Source of the DNA: Armatimonadota bacterium
GTDB taxonomy: Bacteria > Sysuimicrobiota > Sysuimicrobiia > Sysuimicrobiales > Kaftiobacteriaceae
DNA: 50,470 nt
Assembly (NCBI GenBank): GCA_037440005.1
Contig: JBBIUY010000022.1
Location: forward strand, 1-50,470
Reading direction: 5' to 3'
Shown here: one piece after another, positions 32,585 through 41,438 of the stretch
Position numbering within the stretch: the first letter of the stretch is position 1
Layout: each line of letters opens with the position of its first letter
Notes under the pieces: model-generated
Told to the model about the DNA's origin: nothing
The model's database searches: none
What the model saw: the letters and a program-made list of their open reading frames with translations, nothing else
Made by a program: the position numbers and the translations under genes

Positions 32585-33319
32585 ATGCGACGTCTGCCCG
32601 AGTCCGTGTCCCTGCGCGCGCTGCCCGGGGACTGCCCGGTGAGCTGGGCGGTCATCGGTGCGAACGCCGTCACGTTTCTGCTGGCGTTTCTCGGAGCCCC
32701 CGCGGCGACGGCCGGCCTGATCTTCGTCTCCGAGGCGGCCCTGGCCCGCCCCTGGACCGCGCTGACGTACCCGCTGGTGGCCGGCGGGCACGTGCTGTGG
32801 GTGCTGGTGAGCGCCTATGTCCTGTGGCTGTTCGGCGGGAGCCTGGAGCGCGCCTGGGGGAGTCGCGACTACGCCCTGTTCCTGGCGATGGTGACCGCGG
32901 CGCCCGCCCTGGCGCTGGCGGCGGCCGCCGGCGGGCTGGGCCGCGGCGTGGTCCTGGCCGGCCTGGGACTGCCTCTGGCTGCCGTGGTGGTGGCGTGGAG
33001 CACCGTCAACCCGCACGAGCGCGTCCTGGCCTACGCCCTCGTCCCCCTCCAGGGCCGCTGGCTGGGAGCGATCGCGGCCGCCCTGGTGCTGTTTGGCTTC
33101 CGGTTCCCGCTGGGGCTGTTCGCCCTGGCCGGGTGCGGCCTGGCCGTCTGGTACGCGCGGGCGGGCCGGTACGGCCTGAGCTGGAGCCGGCCCCGGCGGA
33201 CCTCCGGCGGGCTGGCCTTCACCCCCCTGCGGGCGTGGCGGAGGTGGCGGCTGCGGCGGCGGTTTGCGCGGGTCGTCCGCGGGCTTCAGACCGACGACCC
33301 GGACAGCCGGATCCACTAG
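32585..33319 (+). CDS. Rhomboid-superfamily membrane protein, probably inactive
   Basis: RPWTALTYPLV, LWLFGGSLERAWGS, about six TM helices, NP motif. No GxSG serine and no TM6 His. Confidence 0.75.
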   Translation: MRRLPESVSLRALPGDCPVSWAVIGANAVTFLLAFLGAPAATAGLIFVSEAALARPWTALTYPLVAGGHVLWVLVSAYVLWLFGGSLERAWGSRDYALFLAMVTAAPALALAAAAGGLGRGVVLAGLGLPLAAVVVAWSTVNPHERVLAYALVPLQGRWLGAIAAALVLFGFRFPLGLFALAGCGLAVWYARAGRYGLSWSRPRRTSGGLAFTPLRAWRRWRLRRRFARVVRGLQTDDPDSRIH

Positions 33320-33388
33320 CTCACCTGCGCGGGCTGCGCTCCTCGGGGGAGGGCGGAGCACGCCACGCCACGAGGCCGGGGGAGGTTC

Positions 33389-33901
33389 ATGCGCTGCGCG
33401 ACCCATCCCGACGTGGAGACGGGGCTCACCTGCGCCACCTGCGGGCGGCCCATCTGCCCCGACTGCCTGGTGGAGACGCCGGTGGGGATGAAGTGCCGGG
33501 ACTGCGGCCTGGCTCCTCTGCCTCCCCTGTACCGCGCCAGTCCGGGCGCGCTCGCCGTCGGCGTCCTGGTGGCCGCGCTGCTGGGAGGAGTGGCGGGGCT
33601 GGCGGCCGTGATGGTGGTGCGGGCGGTGGGGTGGCTGCTGCTGCTCGCCGGACCGGCGCTGGGAGGCCTGGTGGGCGACGTCGCCTGGCGCGTCGCCCGC
33701 CGGCGGGGGCGGACCATGGCCGGCGCCGTGGCGGCGGCCTGTGCGGTGGGGGTGGCGGCCCTGGGCCCGCAGGCGGCGGCCGTGGCGGGGTCGGGGGGGA
33801 CGCTGGACGCAGGACACCTGCTGGCCCTGCTGGTCCGCCAGCCGCTGCTGCCCCTGCTGGCCGTGCTGATGGCCGTGGCCGCCTTCTGGAGGGTCCGCTG
33901 A
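33389..33901 (+). CDS. B-box-like zinc-finger membrane protein
   Basis: GGAGG SD. CATHPDVETGLTCATCGRPICPDC...CRDC followed by about four hydrophobic helices. Confidence 0.85.
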   Translation: MRCATHPDVETGLTCATCGRPICPDCLVETPVGMKCRDCGLAPLPPLYRASPGALAVGVLVAALLGGVAGLAAVMVVRAVGWLLLLAGPALGGLVGDVAWRVARRRGRTMAGAVAAACAVGVAALGPQAAAVAGSGGTLDAGHLLALLVRQPLLPLLAVLMAVAAFWRVR

Positions 33902-33905
33902 GGTC

Positions 33906-34880
33906 ATGGACTCGCCGCTGCTCGTCCTGGTGGCCGCCGCGGCCGTCCCGGCCCTCCAGGCGGGTTACCTGGTCGCCGCCGAAGCGGCCCTGGGACTCCT
34001 GCCCGACCGGGCGCGGGCGCGGGTGCGCCCGTGGGCCTGGCTGGCTCCGGCGCTGGCGTTCCTCGGCGTGTTCCTGGTCTACCCGACCGCGCACACCCTG
34101 GTGCTCAGCGCCCTGGACGCCCGCGGCCGCGTCTTCGTCGGGCTGCGCAACTACGCCTACGTCTTCACCACGCCCGACATGCTCATCGCCTTCCGCAACA
34201 ACCTGCTGTGGCTGGTCCTGTTCACCTCCGCCACGGTGTCCCTGGGGCTGCTGCTGGCCGTCCTCACCGACCGGGTGCGCTACGAAGCCCTGGCCAAGGC
34301 GGTCATCTTCCTGCCCATGGCCATCTCCTTCGTGGCCGCCGGCGTCATCTGGAAGTTCGTCTACGAGTTCCGCCCCGCCGGCGCCCCCCAGATCGGCCTG
34401 CTGAACGCCGCCCTGGTGCGCCTGGTCCCGGGGTTCCAGCCGGTGGCCTGGCTGGTCAACCTGACCACCAACAACATCGCCCTGATCCTGGTGGCGGTGT
34501 GGGTGTGGGTGGGGTTCTGCCTGGTGGTCCTCTCGGCGGCCCTGAAGGGAATCCCGGCCGAACTGCTGGAGGCGGCCCGGGTGGACGGGGCCACCGAGTG
34601 GCAGGTGTTCTGGAAGATCACCGTCCCCACCCTCGGGCCCACCATCGCGGTGGTGGCGACCACCATGGTCATCTTCGCCCTCAAGGCGTTCGACATCGTG
34701 TACGTGATGACCAACGGCAACTTCAACACCGACGTCATCGCCAACCGCATGTACAAAGAGATGTTCAACGTCCGGGACTTCGGCCGGGCCAGCGCCATCG
34801 CCGTGGTCCTGTTTCTGGCCACGGTGCCGGTGATGGTGGCCAACGTCCGCCGGTTCCGCCAGCAGGAGGAGGTCCGGTGA
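33906..34880 (+). CDS. Sugar ABC transporter permease (AglF/MalF-like)
   Basis: FVGLRNY, FLPMAISFVAAGVIW, EAA loop ELLEAARVDGA, FDIVYVMTNG. Confidence 0.93.
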   Translation: MDSPLLVLVAAAAVPALQAGYLVAAEAALGLLPDRARARVRPWAWLAPALAFLGVFLVYPTAHTLVLSALDARGRVFVGLRNYAYVFTTPDMLIAFRNNLLWLVLFTSATVSLGLLLAVLTDRVRYEALAKAVIFLPMAISFVAAGVIWKFVYEFRPAGAPQIGLLNAALVRLVPGFQPVAWLVNLTTNNIALILVAVWVWVGFCLVVLSAALKGIPAELLEAARVDGATEWQVFWKITVPTLGPTIAVVATTMVIFALKAFDIVYVMTNGNFNTDVIANRMYKEMFNVRDFGRASAIAVVLFLATVPVMVANVRRFRQQEEVR

Positions 34881-35734
34881 GGGCCCGGACCGCCTGGGGA
34901 CGGCGGCTCCGCCACCTCCCCCTCCACGGGGCGGTGGTCGGCCTGTGTCTGCTGTGGTTGCTTCCCACCCTGGGGCTGCTGGTCAGTTCCTTCCGTCCCC
35001 CGCGCCTGGTGGCTGCCACCGGCTGGTGGACGGCCCTGCTGCCGCCCTACCAGTTCACCCTGGACAACTACCGGGAGGTGCTGGGCGCCTACCACATGGG
35101 GCGCAGCTTCCTCAACAGCCTGGCCATCACGGTCCCCGCCACCGTGATACCGCTGATGGTGGCGGCCTGTGCGGCGTACGCCTTTGCCTGGATGCGCTTT
35201 GCGGGGCGGGAGCTCCTGTTCACCCTGGTCATCGGCCTGCTGGTGGTGCCCCTGCAGATGACCCTGATCCCCGTGCTGCGGCTGTTCACCGCCCTGGGGC
35301 TGGTGGGGACGTTCCCGGCCGTGTGGCTCGCCCACACGGGCTACGGGCTGCCCCTGGCCATCTACCTGCTGCGCACCTTCATGGGGGCCCTGCCCCGGGA
35401 CCTGGTCGAGTCCGCCCACATGGACGGGGCCAGCCCGCTGGTGGTGTTCTTCCGGGTGATCCTCCCCCTGACGGTCCCCGCCCTGGCGTCGCTGGTCATC
35501 TTCCAGTTCCTGTGGGTGTGGAACGACCTGCTGGTGGCCCTGATCTTCATCGGCGGCCGCCCGGCGGTGGCGCCCATGACGGTGACGGTGAGCAACCTGG
35601 TCAACTCCCTGGGGCAGAACTGGCAGCTGCTGACCGCCGCCGCGTTCGTGTCCATGGCCCTGCCCCTGCTGGTGTTCGTGGCCCTGCAGCAGTACTTCGT
35701 CCGGGGCATCCTCGCCGGGGCCGTCAAGGGCTAG
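34877..35734 (+). CDS. Sugar ABC transporter permease (AglG/MalG-like)
   Basis: GTG 34877 overlaps the previous stop. LLVSSFRP, AYAFAWMRF, ESAHMDGA, QFLWVWNDLLVAL, QQYFVRGILAGAVKG. Confidence 0.93.
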   Translation: MRARTAWGRRLRHLPLHGAVVGLCLLWLLPTLGLLVSSFRPPRLVAATGWWTALLPPYQFTLDNYREVLGAYHMGRSFLNSLAITVPATVIPLMVAACAAYAFAWMRFAGRELLFTLVIGLLVVPLQMTLIPVLRLFTALGLVGTFPAVWLAHTGYGLPLAIYLLRTFMGALPRDLVESAHMDGASPLVVFFRVILPLTVPALASLVIFQFLWVWNDLLVALIFIGGRPAVAPMTVTVSNLVNSLGQNWQLLTAAAFVSMALPLLVFVALQQYFVRGILAGAVKG

Positions 35735-35818
35735 AGGCGGCCGGGGGGTCCGCCCCGCCGCGTGCCCGGGGGTGGGGAGCGCTGACCCGACGAGTCCGGG
35801 TCTGGGGCGTCCGGTGGG

Positions 35819-35847
35819 TTGTATTTACCCCCCTCCTATGCTAACAT
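35819..35847 (+). promoter_or_regulatory. Sigma-70 promoter for the sigma-factor gene
   Basis: TTGTAT-17 nt-TAACAT with extended -10 TG. Confidence 0.65.
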
Positions 35848-35854
35848 ATGGGTT

Positions 35855-35896
35855 CGGTGCGACGCGCGGAATGGCCGCGCGGCGCACCGCGTTTTT
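35855..35896 (+). terminator. Terminator-like hairpin in the leader of the sigma gene
   Basis: CGGTGCG-a-CGCGCGG [aatgg] CCGCGCG-g-CGCACCG then cgTTTTT. Confidence 0.55.
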
Positions 35897-35946
35897 GTCT
35901 AGTAGACGTGCCGCGGCGGCTGGAGCCGCCGCGGCGGGGATGCCGC

Positions 35947-36807
35947 ATGGCGCGCGACGACCGCGACAACCAGATGCCGGAGACCGCCGACGACCCAGTC
36001 CGGCTGTACCTGTCCGAGATCGGGCGGGTGCCCCTGCTGACCCGGGAGGAGGAGGTGGCCCTGGCCCGGCGGGCGGCTGCGGGAGACCCGGAGGCCCGGC
36101 GGCGGCTGATCGAGGCCAACCTGCGCCTGGTGGTCTCGGTGGCCAAGAAGTACGCCGGCCGCGGCATGGACCTGATGGACCTGGTCCAGGAGGGCAACCG
36201 GGGCTTGATGCGGGCGGTGGAGAAGTTCGACTGGCGGCGGGGCTACAAGTTCAGCACCTACGCCACCTGGTGGATCCGCCAGGCCATCACCCGGGCCCTG
36301 GCCGACCAGTCCCGGACGGTCCGGCTGCCGGTCCACGTCGTCGAGACCCGCAACCGGCTGCTGCGGGCCGCCCGGGCCCTGGCCCAGCGGCTGGGGCGGG
36401 AGCCCACCCCGGCGGAGCTGGCCCGGGCGGTGCGCATCCCCGCCGCTCGGGTGGAGGAGATCCTGCGGGCCAGCCAGGAGCCGGCCTCCCTGGACGCGCC
36501 CACCGACGACGACGGGGACAGTCACCTGCAGGACTTCGTCGCCGACCCGGACACCCTGGACCCCGAGGAGGTCGCGGCCCGACTGTCGCTCCGCCAGCAG
36601 CTGGAGGAGGTCCTCCAGACGCTGACTCCCCGGGAGCGGCTGGTCCTGCGCCGGCGCTTCGGGCTGGCCGGCGGAGGTCCCCGGACTCTGGAGCAGGTCG
36701 GCCGGGAACTGGGGGTGACCCGGGAGCGGGTGCGCCAGATCGAGGTCCGGGCGCTGCGCAAGCTGCGCCACCGCGGCCGGGAGCGCGGCCTGCGGTCGTT
36801 CCTGTAA
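35947..36807 (+). CDS. Group-2 (RpoD-like, lacking region 1.1) sigma-70 factor
   Basis: [12 protein letters not shown] (1.2), [64 protein letters not shown]. 286 aa from ATG 35947. Confidence 0.93.
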   Translation: MARDDRDNQMPETADDPVRLYLSEIGRVPLLTREEEVALARRAAAGDPEARRRLIEANLRLVVSVAKKYAGRGMDLMDLVQEGNRGLMRAVEKFDWRRGYKFSTYATWWIRQAITRALADQSRTVRLPVHVVETRNRLLRAARALAQRLGREPTPAELARAVRIPAARVEEILRASQEPASLDAPTDDDGDSHLQDFVADPDTLDPEEVAARLSLRQQLEEVLQTLTPRERLVLRRRFGLAGGGPRTLEQVGRELGVTRERVRQIEVRALRKLRHRGRERGLRSFL

Positions 36808-36815
36808 GAACACGC

Positions 36816-36845
36816 GGCGCCCCGGCGGTGGGCCGCCGGGGCGCC
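36816..36845. terminator. Perfect 13-bp hairpin between convergent sigma and sod genes
   Basis: GGCGCCCCGGCGG-tggg-CCGCCGGGGCGCC. No U-tract. Confidence 0.55.
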
Positions 36846-36873
36846 CGGGTCGAAGCGGTGCGCGGGGGACGGG

Positions 36874-37497
36874 TTACCGGGCCCGCGCCGCCTCGTAGAA
36901 CCGTCCCACCACGTCCCAGTTCACCACGTTCCACCACGCCTTCACGTAGTCCGCCCGCCGGTTCTGGTACTTGAGGTAGTAGGCGTGCTCCCACACGTCC
37001 ACGCCCAGGACCGGGGTGTTGCCCTCCATCACCGGCGCGTCCTGGTTGGCGGTGGAGTACACCTTCAGCGCCCCGGCCCGGTCCACCACCAGCCAGGCCC
37101 ATCCGGACCCGAACCGGCCCAGAGCGGCCTGGGTGAACTGCTCCTTGAAGGCGTCCACCGACCCGAAGGTCCTGACCAGCGCGTCCCGCAGCGCCCCCGT
37201 CGGCTCCCGGCTGCCGCCGGGTGTCATCCACTGCCAGAACAGGGTGTGGTTGAGGTGGCCGCCGCCGTTGTTGCGTACCGGCGTCTGGATCTCCGCCGGC
37301 AGGTCCGACAGGTTGCGCAGCAGGTCCTCCACCTCCAGCGCGTGGAACCGGGGGTGCTTTTCCAGGGCGGCGTTGAGGTTGTTCACGTAGGCCTGGTGGT
37401 GGCGGGTGTGGTGGATCTCCATGGTCAGGGCGTCGATGTGGGGCTCCAGGGCGGTGTACGGGTATCCGAGCTCGGGCAGCGTGAACGGGTACGGCAT
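36874..37497 (-). CDS. sodA: Superoxide dismutase (Mn-type signatures)
   Basis: [57 protein letters not shown] before ATG 37497. Confidence 0.95.
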   Translation of the reverse strand: MPYPFTLPELGYPYTALEPHIDALTMEIHHTRHHQAYVNNLNAALEKHPRFHALEVEDLLRNLSDLPAEIQTPVRNNGGGHLNHTLFWQWMTPGGSREPTGALRDALVRTFGSVDAFKEQFTQAALGRFGSGWAWLVVDRAGALKVYSTANQDAPVMEGNTPVLGVDVWEHAYYLKYQNRRADYVKAWWNVVNWDVVGRFYEAARAR

Positions 37498-37557
37498 CGG
37501 CATCCCTCCCGACATCCCAGGATTCGCCAGCCAGATCACCGAACCGCGCGTGAATTC

Positions 37558-37586
37558 ATTTCATCCCATCCGACCCGCGTTGTCAA
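37558..37586 (-). promoter_or_regulatory. Sigma-70 promoter for sod
   Basis: Consensus TTGACA-17 nt-TGAAAT on the minus strand. Confidence 0.55.
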
Positions 37587-37595
37587 ATCGTCCGG

Positions 37596-39740
37596 TCAGT
37601 CCTCCGACCGCTCCGCGGTCCCCGGGACCGGACCGGGGCCGGCCGGGCCCGCGGTCATCCGTCCTTCCAGGAAGTCTCTGAGGATCGGTTCGCTGCCGCG
37701 GCTGGTGACGATGGTGACCACGTCGCCCGGTGTCAGGACCGTCGAGGCCCGAGGGAACAGCACCTCCCCCTCCCGCATCACCGAGATCACCAGCGCGTCT
37801 GCGGGCAGCTGGCAGTCCCGCAGCGTCCGACCCGCGAGGGGAGAGGTGGCGGCCAGCCGGGCCTCCACCATGACCGTATCCCCCGGCAGGGTGGTGGCGC
37901 GGCGCACGCTCTGCCGGAGGGCCGCCCGGTAGGCCCGGACCACGTCCCGCACCGTCAGCACGCCCACCAGCCGTCCGTCCCGGACCACCGGAGCCCACCC
38001 CACCCCGGCCTCCGCCAGCTGGCCGAGAGCCTCGTCCAGGGGGCGGTCGGGCTCCAGGGTGACGGGCGGCGGCTGCAGGACGTCCCGGACCAGGCGGGCC
38101 GCCCCTCCCGCGCCGGCGGCGGAGAGGGCGGTCCGGGGCACCACCCCCACCACCTCCTCCCGGTCGGTCACCACCACCACGCCCGGCACCAGGGGGGAGT
38201 CCACCAGCGCCGCGGCGGCAGACACCGACGCCAGCGGGTGGACGACGGCGACCGCGGGACCCATGGCGTCGGCCACCCGCAGCGCCGAGAGCATGGGGAA
38301 GCTGAGCCGGACCCGGTGGACCGGCGAACTGGCGCGGTCGCGAAGCTGGGAGCTGTAGATGGTGTGGTCGCCCACCAGCGCGGTGCAGACGGCGACCGCC
38401 ACCATGGCCGGCGCCAGCAGCGACAGGTTGCCCGTCATTTCGGCCACCATGAGCATGACCGACAGCGGGGCGTGGGCGATCCCTCCGAACAGCGCCATCA
38501 TCCCCACGATGACGAAGGGCGCCGGCTGAGAGGGCATGGCCGGAAGGACCCCGGCCCCCAGACGCCAGACGGAGGCGCCCAGCATGCCTCCGATCACCAT
38601 GCCCGGGCCGAAGACGCCGCCCGACCCGCCGGACCCTACCGACAGCGCCGTGGCCGGGATCTTGGCCAGGGGGAGGACCAGGACCACCCACAGCGGAAGC
38701 GCCAGCAGGGTGTCCCGGGCCATGGCCAGCTGTACCCACCCGTAGCCCATGTGCAGCGTCTGCGGAATCGCCAGGCCCAGCGTTCCCACCAGGGCTCCGC
38801 CGATGGCCGGCTTCAGCCAGGAAGGCACCCGCAGGCGGTGAAAGGCGCGGGTGACTCCGTAGAAGGTGCGGGCGTACGCGATGCCCACCACCCCGCTGAG
38901 CAGACCCAGGACGGCGTAGTAGACCAGCTGCACCGGAGAGCCCAGCGCCAGGCCGGTATGCGGTCCGAAGATGGGGGCGAACCCGAAGGTCGCACCGTAA
39001 ATGGTGTACCCGACGATGCCGGCGATGAGCGCCGGAATGATCACCTCCACCTCCAGGTCGTGCACGTACAGGACCTCGGCCGCCAGCAGCGCTCCGCCCA
39101 GCGGCGCCCGGAAGATGGCGCCCACGCCGGCGCCGATGCCGGCGGCGACGGCGATGCGGCGGTCGGTCACGTCCAGGCGCAGCCACTGCCCTAGCAGCGA
39201 GCCGAACCCGGCCGAGATCTGGGCGGCGGGGCCTTCGCGGCCGGCGGACCCGCCCGAGCCGATGGTGAGGGCGGACGCCACGAGCTTGACCGCGGGAATG
39301 CGCGCCCGGATCCGCCCGCCCCGGTGATGGATGGCCGCGATGGCGGCGTCGGTGCCGTGACCCTCCGCCTCGGGGGCGAGCCCGAAGACGATGGCCCCCG
39401 ACAGCAGTCCTCCCAGGGCCACGACCAGCGGCAGCAGCCAGGGCCGGGCCATCGGGACCAGACGGGTCACACCCTCCCCCACGGGGGCGGGCGGCAGGTA
39501 ACCCACACCCCCTCCCAGGAACAGGCGGGTGGCCGTGTCGATGGCCAGGGAGAAGACGATCGCCCCCACGCCCGCCACGGCGCCGATGGCGGTGCTGAGC
39601 AGGAGCCACTTGGCGAGGGTGCGTGTGCTCTCAAATCCTCCGCCGGTCGGGAGCGCCCGGCGGAGCCACCCGGACCACCGCGCACTCCCGCCAAGGCTGG
39701 CCTGCCGGGGTGACGCAGGCGGAGCAGATCCGGTGTCCAT
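37596..39740 (-). CDS. ClC-family chloride channel/antiporter with CBS pair and C-terminal TrkA_C (RCK_C) domain
   Basis: EAEGHGTD, GSGGSAGREGP, IFRAPLGG, GSGGVFGP, HAPLS...AEMTG, CBS pair, SPLAGRTLRDCQLP...V.REGEVLFPRASTVL.PGD. Confidence 0.92.
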   Translation of the reverse strand: MDTGSAPPASPRQASLGGSARWSGWLRRALPTGGGFESTRTLAKWLLLSTAIGAVAGVGAIVFSLAIDTATRLFLGGGVGYLPPAPVGEGVTRLVPMARPWLLPLVVALGGLLSGAIVFGLAPEAEGHGTDAAIAAIHHRGGRIRARIPAVKLVASALTIGSGGSAGREGPAAQISAGFGSLLGQWLRLDVTDRRIAVAAGIGAGVGAIFRAPLGGALLAAEVLYVHDLEVEVIIPALIAGIVGYTIYGATFGFAPIFGPHTGLALGSPVQLVYYAVLGLLSGVVGIAYARTFYGVTRAFHRLRVPSWLKPAIGGALVGTLGLAIPQTLHMGYGWVQLAMARDTLLALPLWVVLVLPLAKIPATALSVGSGGSGGVFGPGMVIGGMLGASVWRLGAGVLPAMPSQPAPFVIVGMMALFGGIAHAPLSVMLMVAEMTGNLSLLAPAMVAVAVCTALVGDHTIYSSQLRDRASSPVHRVRLSFPMLSALRVADAMGPAVAVVHPLASVSAAAALVDSPLVPGVVVVTDREEVVGVVPRTALSAAGAGGAARLVRDVLQPPPVTLEPDRPLDEALGQLAEAGVGWAPVVRDGRLVGVLTVRDVVRAYRAALRQSVRRATTLPGDTVMVEARLAATSPLAGRTLRDCQLPADALVISVMREGEVLFPRASTVLTPGDVVTIVTSRGSEPILRDFLEGRMTAGPAGPGPVPGTAERSED

Positions 39741-39808
39741 CAGATGGCCGTCCTCCGAAGGCCGCGGGGGTGCGGTCTGGCACCCCCGGATCCGTCATGC
39801 ATTTTCTT

Positions 39809-39826
39809 CAGTATACGCAGTATACG
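39809..39826 (-). promoter_or_regulatory. Tandem 9-bp repeat giving two -10 hexamers upstream of ClC
   Basis: cagtatacg-cagtatacg, which reads CGTATACTG twice on the minus strand (TATACT). Confidence 0.5.
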
Positions 39827-39839
39827 CTGGTCCGCGCGG

Positions 39840-39884
39840 GCAGAAGACGAGGCGGGCGTGTCTGCGCCCGCCTCGGTCTTCTGC
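39840..39884 (-). terminator. Long hairpin downstream of the binding-protein gene
   Basis: GCAGAAGAC-GAGGCGGGCG [tgtctg] CGCCCGCCTC-g-GTCTTCTGC, a 19-bp stem with one bulge. Confidence 0.65.
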
Positions 39885-39903
39885 GGCGATCCCGAAGAGG
39901 GCC

Positions 39904-41241
39904 CTACCGCCGGTACGCCTCCCGGGCGATGCGCTCCAGGTTTTGCAGGATGGCGTCCAGGCGGGCCGGGTTCTGGACGTAGTCGAGGGTCCCCCTCCAG
40001 AACGCGGCGTTCACCGCCTCGGGCATCAGGTCGCTGGCGTCAAACCGCGCCACCTCCGCCGACGTGAGGATCTCCGCCGCCCTCCGGCTCAGCGGGTCCG
40101 GATACTCGTCCAGGCTCACCTTGCGGTTGGGCGACAGCGCCCCGCCTCGCCGGACCCAGATGGCCTGGGCCTCCGGCGTGGTGAGGTAGGCGATCAGGGC
40201 CCGCGCCTGGGGGGTGTCCCGGAACATGCCGAACAGGTCTCCCGCCGCCTCCACCGCCGGCGGCACCCCGGGGTCGATGGGCGGGAAGGCGAAGAAGTTG
40301 AAGTCCTCCCCGGGCTGCAGGGCGGGGTACTGCTTCTGGATGAAGTCCTGGATGAACGTGGCCTGGTGGTGCAGGTAGCAGCCCGGCGGGTCGGTGAACA
40401 GGGGGAACGCCGACTCGCCGAAGTTGGTGGCCAGGACGCCCTGGCGGCCGCCGTAGACGTACCGGGGGGTGGCGGCGATCCGTCCGAACAGTTCCCACGC
40501 CCGCCGCACGGCCGGGTCGGTCCAGGAGATCTCGTGCCGGTACCACCGGTCGTAGACCTCCGGCCCGGCGGTGCGCAGGAGGATGTCCTCGATCCAGTCG
40601 GTGGCCGGCCACCCGCTGGCCGCGCCGCTCTCCAGCCCGATGCACCAGGGGGTCTTGCCCTCCCGGGCGATGCGGTCGGTCAGGGCGAGCAGCTCGTCCC
40701 AGGTGGCGGGCACCGTGTAGCCGGCGGCGGCGAACGCCTTGGGGTTGTACCAGATCAGCCCCTTCAGCGCGGCCTTGATGAAGATCCCGTACAGCCTGCC
40801 GTCCACCGTCCCCAGGTCCAGCCAGCTCTGGGCGTACTGCTCGCGCAGGGTCGCCGGGTCCACCACGTTCTCCAGGGGCACCAGGTGTCCGGCGCGGGCG
40901 AACTCGGCCATCTGGCCGGGTCCCGGCAGCCCCGCCACGTCGGGCGGGTTCCCGCCCTGGATCCGGGTCGTCAGCACGGCGTTGAGGTCGCGGGTCCCCT
41001 CAAACTCCACCTTGACGCCGGTGCGTTCCTCGAAGGGCTTGACCAGGGCGAGGAAGCTCTCCAGCTCCGAGCCTCCCCACACCCCCAGCACGCTCACGGT
41101 GCCGCCCAGCCGCTGGGGAGCCACCGCCGCCGGGCGCCGGGTGGCGTAGTAGACGGCGGCGGCGGCCGCCACCACCAGGACCACGATCACCACCCAGGCG
41201 ATGGCGCTCAGACCGGCCGAGTTCCGGTGACTGCGGACCAT
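39904..41241 (-). CDS. Alpha-glucoside ABC transporter substrate-binding protein (AglE-like), N-terminal TM anchor
   Basis: GGAGG SD, ATG 41241. GGNPPDVA.LPGPG, KGLIWYNP, PWCIGLESGAASGWPATDWIED, HQATFI, RFDASDLMP. Confidence 0.9.
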   Translation of the reverse strand: MVRSHRNSAGLSAIAWVVIVVLVVAAAAAVYYATRRPAAVAPQRLGGTVSVLGVWGGSELESFLALVKPFEERTGVKVEFEGTRDLNAVLTTRIQGGNPPDVAGLPGPGQMAEFARAGHLVPLENVVDPATLREQYAQSWLDLGTVDGRLYGIFIKAALKGLIWYNPKAFAAAGYTVPATWDELLALTDRIAREGKTPWCIGLESGAASGWPATDWIEDILLRTAGPEVYDRWYRHEISWTDPAVRRAWELFGRIAATPRYVYGGRQGVLATNFGESAFPLFTDPPGCYLHHQATFIQDFIQKQYPALQPGEDFNFFAFPPIDPGVPPAVEAAGDLFGMFRDTPQARALIAYLTTPEAQAIWVRRGGALSPNRKVSLDEYPDPLSRRAAEILTSAEVARFDASDLMPEAVNAAFWRGTLDYVQNPARLDAILQNLERIAREAYRR

Positions 41242-41392
41242 GCGCATCCCTCCTTCCGCGGTGTCCCCCGCCCGCCGACGGCGGGGGCCGACTGGCGCCG
41301 GCCGGTGCGGCCGGCTGTGGACCTGCGGGCAGGACGCGATGGAAAAGGCCGGTGGTGCGGACTGCCGGACGGGATGAAATCGTAGGTTAATT

Positions 41393-41419
41393 TTCGCGGG
41401 CCACCGGGGGCGATCCTGC
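41393..41419 (-). promoter_or_regulatory. SigH-like promoter upstream of the binding-protein gene
   Basis: GCAGGA-tcgcccccggtggcccg-CGAAAATTAA (CAGG-18-CGAA). Confidence 0.5.
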
Positions 41420-41438
41420 CCGCGGTCGGACCGAACTG

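Noticed and set aside
39738..39800. Fluoride (crcB) riboswitch upstream of ClC
   Set aside because: It lacks the GAUGG...UGAUGAC pseudoknot arrangement, and the ClC has GREGP/GHGTD rather than the fluoride-type GREGT/GNNLI signatures.
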